From positions 1-64,000 of the forward strand of contig JALHMH010000018.1 in assembly GCA_022844165.1 (NCBI GenBank): a DNA stretch of 64,000 nucleotides, given 5' to 3'. Numbering within the stretch: the first letter of the stretch is position 1; the number at the start of each line of letters is the position of its first letter. The stretch is from Lysobacterales bacterium. GTDB taxonomy: Bacteria > Pseudomonadota > Gammaproteobacteria > Xanthomonadales > SZUA-5. A program made the position numbers and the translations under genes. The notes beneath the pieces are model-generated. The model saw nothing but the letters and a program-made list of their open reading frames with translations. It was not told the origin of the DNA and did not search any database. Below, piece by piece: positions 1 through 8,867 of this stretch.

Positions 1-1687
1 CGTGCTGAAGGCGCTGAATCGCGACCCGCTGCGCCGTTATCCGTCGGCGCAATCGCTGCGCGACGACCTCGAACGCTTCCTCGCCCACCAGCCGATCAAG
101 GCGCGACCCGACAGCGTGGGTTATCGGGTGCGCAAGTGGCTGCGCCGCAATCGCACCATGGCGGCGGTCGCAACGTTCGCCGCAATCGGCCTGCTCATCG
201 CAGCGGTGCTGGTGGTCCAGGAACGCAATCGGGCGATTCGCAACGCGCAAGTGGCCGATGCCACCAAGCGCTTCGTGCTGAAGGCATTTACCGGCGCCAA
301 TCGCTGGCAGACAAGCCAGGACATGAGCGCACGCGACCTTGCCTTGCGAGGCCTGGCCGAGGTCCAGGTCGAGCTCAAGGACCAACCCGAAGCGCGGATC
401 GAAATGTACGATACGCTTGGGCAGGTATTCGGCAGCAGTGGTCCCTTAACTGCCGCAGTGCAGGCGCGCGAGGCGCAGCTGCGCGAGATGAAGCAATTGG
501 GTAACTACTCCAAGGAAGCCCTGATCGAGGTGGAATTACGCTTGTTGCTGGCGTACGTCGCCCAGGAGAACTTCATCAAGTCGCGTGATTACGCACGCCG
601 GATCGAGGCGGAGTATGGGGATCGGCTGAACGCTTACGACCGCATGTTCATGTTGCAGCTGCAGGCGCAGGCTGCTGCTTCGCTGGGAGATTTCAAGGAC
701 TTTTCCCAGTTGTTGCCGGAACTCCTCGATCCCGCGCACCTGCAGGCAGCCGCTGCCGCAGCAAAAACGGCGCGCAGCCCGCGGCGTGCACAAGAAGCCA
801 GAACTTTCGAAAGCTGGGCACGAACCTATGTACTTCGGGTAGCGGTCCAGCAACGACACGATCGTGCGGCGGCCACGCAGGCGCTCACGACCCTGCAGAC
901 GATCACCCGCGACATCGCTCCGGACGATCTGCAGCGCGCCAACCTGGCCGCCCACCCGGTCGATGCGCTGATGCGGGTCAGTCGCGACCCGGCCCTGCTC
1001 GCACTGGCGGATCGCTCGGCGCGCTGGTCCAACGAGCAATACGGCGGGCCCGGCGCTGCGCTGGAGGCCAGGCGTTTCATGGCCGAGCAGGATGGCGATC
1101 TCGAGCTGGCGAGCCGTTATCACGAGCAACTGGAGTCGCTCGCGCAAGCGTCGGGTAGCGAGTTGGGCCCGGGGATCTGTCGAGATCTTTTTCTTCCTTC
1201 CGGTGGCCTCGCGCTCGCCCAGGGCCAACGCACCCTGGCGCGGCAGCGCTACGAAAAATCGCTGCAGTGCGCCCGCGAGTTCGAAGGCCCGGACTGGCAG
1301 TCGCCGCAAGCGCGTGCTGCGCAAGCGGGCTTGGTCTATCTGGATGTACTGGAAGGCAAGGCCGATATCAGCGCCCTGCAGCGCTTGGCGCTGGCGCAAA
1401 GGGAGCACGATGACGGCGCATGGTGGCTGAGCGCTTTCTGGCTTGCCGAGCGGTGCCTCGAAGGCAGCGACGACGCGCCTTGCCGGGCGCAAGTGCAGCA
1501 AATCGAGGACTGGCACGTCGAACGCGGCGCCCGCCGCGACGCGCGATTGTCGGCACTCTATGCGCGAGTCGGGTTGCCGGTTCCCACGCAGCCACTTTAC
1601 CCAGTGGCCGAAGCCGTACGCCTCGGCTCCATCCTGATCGCCGACGGCGAGCGCATCGTCGCGCAGCGGCGGGCGAGCAAGGGGTAA
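1..1687 (+). CDS. Membrane-anchored Ser/Thr protein kinase, C-terminal part (5' end outside window)
   Basis: Begins with a kinase C-lobe motif (LKALNRDPLRRYPSAQSLRDDLERFL..PIKARP), then KWLRRNR, a TM helix and a helical TPR-like region. Confidence 0.85.
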   Translation, partial: VLKALNRDPLRRYPSAQSLRDDLERFLAHQPIKARPDSVGYRVRKWLRRNRTMAAVATFAAIGLLIAAVLVVQERNRAIRNAQVADATKRFVLKAFTGANRWQTSQDMSARDLALRGLAEVQVELKDQPEARIEMYDTLGQVFGSSGPLTAAVQAREAQLREMKQLGNYSKEALIEVELRLLLAYVAQENFIKSRDYARRIEAEYGDRLNAYDRMFMLQLQAQAAASLGDFKDFSQLLPELLDPAHLQAAAAAAKTARSPRRAQEARTFESWARTYVLRVAVQQRHDRAAATQALTTLQTITRDIAPDDLQRANLAAHPVDALMRVSRDPALLALADRSARWSNEQYGGPGAALEARRFMAEQDGDLELASRYHEQLESLAQASGSELGPGICRDLFLPSGGLALAQGQRTLARQRYEKSLQCAREFEGPDWQSPQARAAQAGLVYLDVLEGKADISALQRLALAQREHDDGAWWLSAFWLAERCLEGSDDAPCRAQVQQIEDWHVERGARRDARLSALYARVGLPVPTQPLYPVAEAVRLGSILIADGERIVAQRRASKG

Positions 1688-1807
1688 CGCAGTCTGCTGG
1701 CGCAACGCCAGACCATTCCGCCGGATATTTCTTCGAACATCGTTAGTGCCCTGCAAGGCTCATCCGATCGGTGTCGGATGGGAATCGATCAACGCAGGGG
1801 AAGACTC

Positions 1808-3349
1808 ATGATCCGTCTCGCAATGGCCCTATTGGCTGCCACACAGTTCAACATCGCAACTGCCGCCGATAAGATCGAGCAGCAGGAACAGCTGATTTTC
1901 GACACGCAGAAGGGCACGGGACTGCCCGGTGCGCTCGATACCAGCTTTGGCACTGGCGGGCGCTTGACGATCAGCATCGATCCCTCGCCGACCCTGGAAG
2001 ACGACGCCATCATCGCTGCGCCGCGCTCGGGTGGTGGCTATCTCATCTACGGCTACTTGCCATCGACCGGCGACATCGTGATCAACGGACGCACCGAAAT
2101 CGGCGCCGTCGATACCAGTTTCGGCGTTAACGGTCGTGTGACCCACGACCGCCAATTCCTGTCGGTCGAAGCCGCCGCCATCGATAACCAGGGGCGCGTG
2201 CTGATTGTCGGCAACTCGCGCGAGTCCGGCAGCCCGAGCAGCGATTTCGATCCCTACGTGTGCCGCTTCACGGCCGGCGGTTTTCCCGACACCGCCTTCG
2301 CCAGCGCCACCGGCTGTGCGTTGTTCCCGGTCGACATCATCGCCAATGGGTTCGACTACGCCACCAGTGTCGCCACCGACGCCAGCTTCGTTTATGTGGC
2401 CGGACAAATGCAGCGCGACACCATCGACGACTACGACTTCCTGGTGATGAAGATTCGCGCATCCGATGGAACGCTGGTCACGTCTTTCGATGGCGACGGC
2501 ATGGTGTTCATTCCATTCGATATCAACGCCACCGAGCCAGGCGGCGACATCGACGCCGCGCTCGCCATCGTGCGCGACGGCGATGCCGGCCTGTACATCG
2601 CCGGTTACGCCGACAACGATGGCGACTTCGATAATGATTGGGCGATCGCCAAAATCGACATTTTCAGCGGCGCTTATGTCACCAGTTTTTGCCCCAACCA
2701 AACCGCATGTCCAGGCAGCGAAGTGCTGGCCGGACGCCGGCATCTGCCGATCATCACTACTTTCGGCGAGAACAGCGAGCAAATCCAGGCGCTGGCCTTG
2801 GCTGCGGATGGCGATCTGCTGATGGCGATCCAGCGTGGCGCGCAGGTGAGCGGCAATCCGGTCAACCAGATCGAAACGCTGAAGCTCAATCGCACCACCG
2901 GCGCGACTATCGCGGGTCAAAACGACGCACGCACATACCTTCGTTATGCCAGCGTCAGCGATATGGCCATCGACAGCACCGGCAACGTGCTGCTGAGCGG
3001 TGTCAGCAGCCAATCGTTGGGCCTCTTCGGCGCCGACCCCGGCCGCGTGATCTTCGTCACGCGCCTGACGCCCACGCTCGACGGCGACAACAGCTTCGCC
3101 ACCGCGCTCGGCGGCGGCCCGTCGCCCACCGCGCTGATCGATTTCCCACGGAATCCCAGCTCCACGCTGCTCGATCACCGCAGCAAGGAGATGGTGATCG
3201 ACGCATCCGGGCGGATCGTCGTCGCCGGCTCCCGCCTCTGGCGCCGCGACACCGCGACCAACGTGTTCGACTACGACCACGCCATTTTCCGCCTGTACGG
3301 CAGCGGCGCGCCGGCAGGGCCGAACATCTTTGCCAATGGCTTCGAATAG
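1808..3349 (+). CDS. Secreted delta-60-repeat-like beta-propeller protein with C-terminal IFANGFE
   Basis: Signal peptide MIRLAMALLAATQFNIATA; repeated LDTSFGTGG, VDTSFGVNG, LVTSFDGDG motifs; ends NIFANGFE; alternative ATG at 1778. Confidence 0.8.
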   Translation: MIRLAMALLAATQFNIATAADKIEQQEQLIFDTQKGTGLPGALDTSFGTGGRLTISIDPSPTLEDDAIIAAPRSGGGYLIYGYLPSTGDIVINGRTEIGAVDTSFGVNGRVTHDRQFLSVEAAAIDNQGRVLIVGNSRESGSPSSDFDPYVCRFTAGGFPDTAFASATGCALFPVDIIANGFDYATSVATDASFVYVAGQMQRDTIDDYDFLVMKIRASDGTLVTSFDGDGMVFIPFDINATEPGGDIDAALAIVRDGDAGLYIAGYADNDGDFDNDWAIAKIDIFSGAYVTSFCPNQTACPGSEVLAGRRHLPIITTFGENSEQIQALALAADGDLLMAIQRGAQVSGNPVNQIETLKLNRTTGATIAGQNDARTYLRYASVSDMAIDSTGNVLLSGVSSQSLGLFGADPGRVIFVTRLTPTLDGDNSFATALGGGPSPTALIDFPRNPSSTLLDHRSKEMVIDASGRIVVAGSRLWRRDTATNVFDYDHAIFRLYGSGAPAGPNIFANGFE

Positions 3350-3474
3350 GTGCTGTGGCGAAGGCGAACGATCGCTCGCTCAGATTTCTGGGCGAGCGCT
3401 TGCGATAGCGCGTCGACCTGTCCCGAGCCTTCGACTGGCGACAGGTCAAATGCTTGTCTTGTAGCGCCGCGGCG

Positions 3475-3867
3475 TCAGCTCCACAGTTCCAAGCGCAGTC
3501 CCGGTACTCGCTCGAATTCGCGCGTGTTGTGAGTAACTAAGGTCGCGTCCTCGGCAAGCGCGTGCGCTGCGATGAGCATATCCATACCGCCAATGGGCAT
3601 GCCGGAGCGCTCCAGGCTGGATCGAAGCGACGCGTAGTGCGAGGCCGCGGTCAGCGGCCAATCGCGAACCGATATGCCGCCGAGGAATTTCTCAATCGTC
3701 GCGCTCAAGGCTGCGGATCCCCGCTTGACCGCGCCGAACCGCAACTCCGCCGCCACCAGCGCAGAGATTGCGATTTCATTCACCGGTATGTCCCGAAAAC
3801 GCTCAATCACCGTCCTCGGATGAGCGCGCAAGACGTAGCTGCAGATGTTGGTATCAAGCATTCTCAT
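3475..3867 (-). CDS. vapC: VapC PIN-domain toxin
   Basis: [11 protein letters not shown]...ELRFG...[38 protein letters not shown]; start overlaps the antitoxin end. Confidence 0.93.
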   Translation of the reverse strand: MRMLDTNICSYVLRAHPRTVIERFRDIPVNEIAISALVAAELRFGAVKRGSAALSATIEKFLGGISVRDWPLTAASHYASLRSSLERSGMPIGGMDMLIAAHALAEDATLVTHNTREFERVPGLRLELWS

Positions 3868-4111
3868 CGCGGAACCATTCGCGATCTTGCGCTGCCGCTT
3901 GCTCGCGATTCTCCAGAAAATCCGCCGGCACGGGTTCCGTGGTGGCGTAGAGATCCGACAGCCATTCGCCCAGCGTGACGGGTTTCGGCCGCAACAGCAC
4001 GCCGTTAGCAACGCGTTCTACAAACACCTCCTTGCCCTCGAACCGAAACTCCGCCGGCAAACGCACGGCTTGGCTGCGTCCATTGATGAATAGCTTTGCG
4101 GTCTGCGGCAT
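3854..4111 (-). CDS. vapB: VapB antitoxin (AbrB/MazE fold)
   Basis: [21 protein letters not shown] signature; directly upstream of the PIN toxin. Confidence 0.93.
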   Translation of the reverse strand: MPQTAKLFINGRSQAVRLPAEFRFEGKEVFVERVANGVLLRPKPVTLGEWLSDLYATTEPVPADFLENREQAAAQDREWFRDENA

Positions 4112-4294
4112 CGTCGATCCGGTATATATCTTCGGAATAGATCAGAGTTTACGCGGAGTCGGCCGATGGGTCCATGGTCAAGCGGACAAGCAAAGCGCTG
4201 ACGCCCGACAGCGGTTGAGCCAGGGCGTGAAATTCCTGCCGGATTTTTCGACGGCTTGCGTTTGGTAGAGACAGACCCCCTTCGGAGGTGCCGG

Positions 4295-4567
4295 ATGTCT
4301 CGTCAGACCATCTTGCTGTTCATCGCGCTGGGGCTGCTGATGTCGCAGCTCGGCGCACGGTCCAGCGCCAGTTATCAGATCCCGAGACAGTCGGTCGATG
4401 CCGGCGCCGGGGCAGCCAGCAGCGCGAGCTATCAGCTGCGCGGCACGCTCGGACAGCCCGATGCCGGCGCAACGTCGAGCGCCAGCTATTCGCTGACGGG
4501 CGGTTTCCACAAGGCCGCCGTTGCCGGCCCGCAGCCGGATCCGATTTTCGCCAACGGTTTCGAATGA
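4295..4567 (+). CDS. Small secreted protein (90 aa) with three SSASY repeats and C-terminal IFANGFE
   Basis: GGAGGT RBS at about 4284; signal peptide MSRQTILLFIALGLLMSQLGA; GTLGQPDAG...YSLTGGF; ends DPIFANGFE. Confidence 0.8.
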   Translation: MSRQTILLFIALGLLMSQLGARSSASYQIPRQSVDAGAGAASSASYQLRGTLGQPDAGATSSASYSLTGGFHKAAVAGPQPDPIFANGFE

Positions 4568-4604
4568 ACACTCATCCAAACACCGCCGCATCCAGGAGTG
4601 CGCC

Positions 4605-6887
4605 ATGACTTTCCGCGTCCGTCCCTTCGTTCTTGCCATGGCGCTGGCCATGTCGAGTTTCGCTTCCGCGCAGGTGCCGATTTCCGCCGAGTTCACTTAC
4701 CAGGGTGAGCTGCGCGTCGCCGGCAGCCCGGCGAACGCCAACTTCGATATGGAATTCCGGCTCTACAACGCATTCTCTGGCGGCAGCCAGATTGGTTCTG
4801 CGGTCACCAGCCTGGGCGTGGCGGTCAGCAACGGCCTGTTTACGACGCAGCTGGACTTTGGCGCCGCGCAGTTCGCCGGCGATGCGCAGTGGCTGGAGAT
4901 CCGCATCAAGCCCTCCGGCAGCGGCGCCTTTGAGGTCCTATCGCCGCGCACCGCGCTGAGCGTATCGCCGTACGCCTGGGCCGCCCGCAATGCCCTCGGC
5001 AACTCGGTCACCGGCACCAGCATCGTTGATGGCAACGTGACCAGTATCGATATCGCCGACGGTAGCATCGCCGCCTTCGATCTGGCCGCCGGCGCCGTCA
5101 ACAGCAGCAAAATCGAAGACGGTACCGTGGGCCTCGCCGATATCGACACCGACCAGGTCCAGGGTCGCGTTTCTGGGTTTTGCCCAGCCGGATCGAGCAT
5201 CCGGGAAGTGCTCGCGAACGGCAGCGTCACCTGCGAAACCGACGATGGTGGCGGGGGCGGCGGAACCGTCACCAGCGTGGCGACTGGCGCCGGCTTGACT
5301 GGCGGGCCGATCACCACCAGCGGCACGCTCAGCATCGCGTCTGGCGGCGTGACCAGCGCGATGATCGCCGATGGTACGGTGACGAATGCCGACCTGGCAG
5401 CGAACTCGGTCAATGCCGGCAACATCGTCGATGGCACCGTGGGTTCGGCAGAGATCAACAGCGCGCAAGTGCAAACGCGCGTCAGCGGCGCGTGCGTCGT
5501 TGGCAGCGCTGTGCGGGCAATCAACGCCGACGGTACGGTGAGTTGCGAGAGCGATGACATCGGCTGGAGCCTGGGCGGCAATCTCGGCACCAATCCGGCA
5601 ACCAACTACATCGGCACCTTCGATGCCCAGCCGTTCGTGATTCGCACGCAAAACGCGCGCAGCTTGCGCATCGAGCCTAGCGCCGAGCAATTCAGTGGCG
5701 CCCCGATCACGACCAATATCATCGCTGGATCGAGCGCGAACAACGTCACCAGCGGCGTGCGCGGAGCGACCATCGCTGGTGGCGGTTTGCCGAATGGAAA
5801 CAGCGATCCGTTCTTTTCTGCGGAGGCCCCGAATCGGGTGACGGACTTGTTCGGCACCGTGGGCGGAGGGTTCGGCAACCTTGCAGGCAACGACATCGGC
5901 ACATTGACCGATTCGCGCCTTGCGACTGTCGGCGGTGGGGAAGGCAACATCGCCTCAGACAACTGGAGTACCGTGGGCGGTGGTCTGACCAACCTCGCCA
6001 GCGGCGTTACCAGCATCGTGGCAGGCGGCTTGAGAAATACGGCAGCAGGTTCGTCCAGCATGGTGCTTGGCGGCGATTTCAATTGTGCCGGTGGTGTTGG
6101 CGCCATGGCCGGCGGCTTCCGCGCTAAGGTTCGGGTGCGCGCAGGCGTGACGGCTCAGGAAATCGGAATCGGGTGCGCCGGTGTGCCCAATTCCGGCGAT
6201 GCTGACGGCGATGAAGGCAGTTTCGTGTGGGCTGATTTACAGATCGGAGACTTCGTGTCGAGTGGACCGAATCAGTTTCTGGCGCGTGCGGATGGCGGTA
6301 TCGGCTTCAATCGCGACCCCGGACCGAACGACGACTTGGTACTCAAAGCGCGCGCGGTAGCGGGCGATGCCAGCGCTGACCTCAGAATGTACACTCGCCT
6401 TGAGAAGACGGCTGCCTTCCAACTGGAAGAATCCAGCGGTTCCTTGCGGATCTCGGTACCCTCGATCGTGGGCAGCAGCCCGCGCCTGGTGGTCGAGGGA
6501 GGCAGCGGCGGCCTCGCCACACTCACCAACGGCGGCAGCTGGACCAATGCCTCTTCGCGCAGTTTCAAGGCCGGATTCCACGCCGTCGACACCTTGGACG
6601 TTCTGGCGCGCGTGGTCGATTTGCCGATCACCACCTGGAACTACATCGGCTCGGCCGAAGGCCTGCACATGGGCCCGGTAGCCGAGGACTTCAAAGCCGC
6701 ATTCGGACTGGCGGGCGATGGCAAATCCATCTCCACCGTCGATGCCGATGGCGTGGCGCTGGCAGCGATTCAAGGCCTGAACCAGAAACTCGAAGCGGAG
6801 AACGCAGCGCTGCGCAAAGAGATCGAAGCGCTGCGCGAGCTGGTGCTCACGCGTGTCGCGTCCCAACCGGCCGAGTCGGACTATTGA
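4605..6887 (+). CDS. Secreted fibre-like protein with C-terminal peptidase S74-like (intramolecular chaperone) domain
   Basis: AGGAG RBS; signal peptide MTFRVRPFVLAMALAMSSFASA; FTYQGEL N-domain; IxDGxV repeats; TVGGGxxN repeats; C-terminal SSRSFK...HMGPVAEDF...ALAAIQGL plus coiled coil. Confidence 0.82.
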   Translation: MTFRVRPFVLAMALAMSSFASAQVPISAEFTYQGELRVAGSPANANFDMEFRLYNAFSGGSQIGSAVTSLGVAVSNGLFTTQLDFGAAQFAGDAQWLEIRIKPSGSGAFEVLSPRTALSVSPYAWAARNALGNSVTGTSIVDGNVTSIDIADGSIAAFDLAAGAVNSSKIEDGTVGLADIDTDQVQGRVSGFCPAGSSIREVLANGSVTCETDDGGGGGGTVTSVATGAGLTGGPITTSGTLSIASGGVTSAMIADGTVTNADLAANSVNAGNIVDGTVGSAEINSAQVQTRVSGACVVGSAVRAINADGTVSCESDDIGWSLGGNLGTNPATNYIGTFDAQPFVIRTQNARSLRIEPSAEQFSGAPITTNIIAGSSANNVTSGVRGATIAGGGLPNGNSDPFFSAEAPNRVTDLFGTVGGGFGNLAGNDIGTLTDSRLATVGGGEGNIASDNWSTVGGGLTNLASGVTSIVAGGLRNTAAGSSSMVLGGDFNCAGGVGAMAGGFRAKVRVRAGVTAQEIGIGCAGVPNSGDADGDEGSFVWADLQIGDFVSSGPNQFLARADGGIGFNRDPGPNDDLVLKARAVAGDASADLRMYTRLEKTAAFQLEESSGSLRISVPSIVGSSPRLVVEGGSGGLATLTNGGSWTNASSRSFKAGFHAVDTLDVLARVVDLPITTWNYIGSAEGLHMGPVAEDFKAAFGLAGDGKSISTVDADGVALAAIQGLNQKLEAENAALRKEIEALRELVLTRVASQPAESDY

Positions 6888-7043
6888 TCCGCCCAGAATC
6901 ACCCGGCGATTTAAGTTCAGCGACGGGGCAGGGGGCGGGGGAGGGAGGCCAAGCGCTTCGTCGATGCCGTTGACCGCTTTAGCCTGGCAGACGCAGGAAA
7001 GTGCTTACGAAGGGGTTCATGCTCGGCCCGTGACCCCCGCCCC

Positions 7044-8819
7044 TCACTCAAACCCGTTCGCGAACACCGAGTTACTGCTATAGCGAACATCCAGGAACGG
7101 GCGTGCACTGCCGATCGTTTCGGCGAGGCCGCGGTGGCTCAGGGCCGAGCCAGCCACCCGCCGGATTGGCGTGGTGCCGTCCGCCTGCAGCTGCTGCACC
7201 TCATCGATCGTGGTCCGCAGCTCAGCCTCCGCGGGCAAGACCGCGTCGCCGTCCTTGAAGCGCACGTTGTCGACGCCGGCATTGGTGGCGTTGAAGCTCA
7301 GCCGAAACTGGGTCAAGCCACCGGTGTGGATCGCCGCTATCCCGGACGGATCCAGATCGATCCGCAGCGCGTCGAACTCGTTGACGACCGAACCGACGAA
7401 ACAACCCACATTGCTGGCATCGGCTTCTTCGGTCGCATCGCCCGGCTCCACTTCCGGCGCGCCGAATCCGCCACCGGCAATGTCCAGTCGCGGCGCGCCG
7501 AGCGCGCCTGTAGTGAACGGATTGCTGCCGCTGCGCCCGTCCTGCAACAAGTACAGAGCGGCTGATTCAATCACGGCATCGGCCGGAATCATGCTGGTGT
7601 CGAAGGACACCATGCCGTGGACCAGTCGGCTGCCATCGTCCCCAACGATGATCGACCCGTTGCCGGTTTGGACGCCGTTGGTCCAGCCATCGAAGTTGCC
7701 GCCCTGTGAAGAGATACTCAGCGAAACCTCGCCTCGGAAGCGGGGAAAGAAGTGGGTCTCGGCCTGCACCGCGACCTTGTACCGATAGCCTTCTTCATCG
7801 AGGTGAATCGGATCGGCCGAAATGCCGAAGTTGGTGCGGAAGTTCTCGCGCAGACTCGGCCGGTTCGGCTGACCGGCTGGGAAAGGCAGATAATCCGGCG
7901 CCGACTGGCCCGGCCGCGGCAGCACGCCGGGCGCGGCCACGCCATCACCGTAGTAGTGGTGCATCTCGCCGACAGCGTGATCGAAAAACAGTCGCGTATC
8001 GGCGTTCGTCCAGCCGATCCGGCTGGCTTCCACGTCGACAATCATCGCGTTGATCTGGGCGTCGGTGACCAGATCATTGTCCGGGTTGCGGCTAAGGTCG
8101 CGCCGTTTTGGGCAGGCGTAGATGAAGCACCAAAGAGCCGATACATTGAAGTTTGGATATTCGTAGCTGGACACCAGCACATCCAGCCCCGGCCGCACCG
8201 CCAGGAAGGCCTGCGCGATGCTGTCGCTGTGGGCGAGGATACGCGCGAACAAGGCCGCTTCCGATCCGGGCACGTCCAGGTCCATGTCTTTGTACCAGCC
8301 GCCACCCGAGCGTCCCGCCAGCACATCGTTGCCCCCCAGGCTGAACACGACTGTGTCGATCGTTGGCAGGGTCTGCAACTCGCTGACCACATTGGCGATC
8401 CACGGATAGCTGGCGGTGTTGACCCACTCGCGCGCCTCACTGCCCGAGATTGCGTATTCCGGCCCGCTGTGACCCGGGCCTGGGTTCTCGCCCAGCGAAC
8501 GGCTCACTGCGAGCTTGTCGGCATGCCCGAAGCGATCGAAGATCTGGTTGTGCGTATCGTCATCCCACATGAACTGCGCCCAGCTGTCGCCAGCGATCAG
8601 TACGCGTGGCGCAGCCTGCGTGGCCGGACAAGCTCCAGCGATACGCGCGGGTTGCGCGTCGCGATCGCGCGTGCCGCTGTAGTTCCACGGGTAGGGCCCG
8701 TTCCAGCTCGAACCCTGCGTGGTGGCAGGGCCCGCAGAGCAGGCAGCCTGCGAAATCAGCATGCACAAGAGTGCCAGCGCGCCTGCGAGGGTAGTTTTTG
8801 TGTGATTCATGAGGTTCAT
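7044..8819 (-). CDS. Secreted SGNH/GDSL-family hydrolase with C-terminal beta-rich domain and VFANGFE
   Basis: Signal peptide; IAGDSW (block I), AISGS (II), SLGGND (III), DPIH (V); ends NSVFANGFE. Confidence 0.8.
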   Translation of the reverse strand: MNLMNHTKTTLAGALALLCMLISQAACSAGPATTQGSSWNGPYPWNYSGTRDRDAQPARIAGACPATQAAPRVLIAGDSWAQFMWDDDTHNQIFDRFGHADKLAVSRSLGENPGPGHSGPEYAISGSEAREWVNTASYPWIANVVSELQTLPTIDTVVFSLGGNDVLAGRSGGGWYKDMDLDVPGSEAALFARILAHSDSIAQAFLAVRPGLDVLVSSYEYPNFNVSALWCFIYACPKRRDLSRNPDNDLVTDAQINAMIVDVEASRIGWTNADTRLFFDHAVGEMHHYYGDGVAAPGVLPRPGQSAPDYLPFPAGQPNRPSLRENFRTNFGISADPIHLDEEGYRYKVAVQAETHFFPRFRGEVSLSISSQGGNFDGWTNGVQTGNGSIIVGDDGSRLVHGMVSFDTSMIPADAVIESAALYLLQDGRSGSNPFTTGALGAPRLDIAGGGFGAPEVEPGDATEEADASNVGCFVGSVVNEFDALRIDLDPSGIAAIHTGGLTQFRLSFNATNAGVDNVRFKDGDAVLPAEAELRTTIDEVQQLQADGTTPIRRVAGSALSHRGLAETIGSARPFLDVRYSSNSVFANGFE

Positions 8820-8867
8820 CCTGACAACGAGCGAGGCTCCGCCTTGCCGGTCGCCCTTGCCACTGTT

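Noticed and set aside
3322-3349. FANGFE-coding ends as a DNA repeat or recombination cassette
   Set aside because: Synonymous positions differ among all six copies, so conservation is at the protein level.
3475-4011. 178-aa extended VapC
   Set aside because: The extension overlaps vapB in another frame; the PIN domain starts at ATG 3867.
4605-6887. Prophage tail fibre or prophage region
   Set aside because: The protein has a Sec signal peptide, and no capsid, terminase, integrase or other phage genes are nearby.
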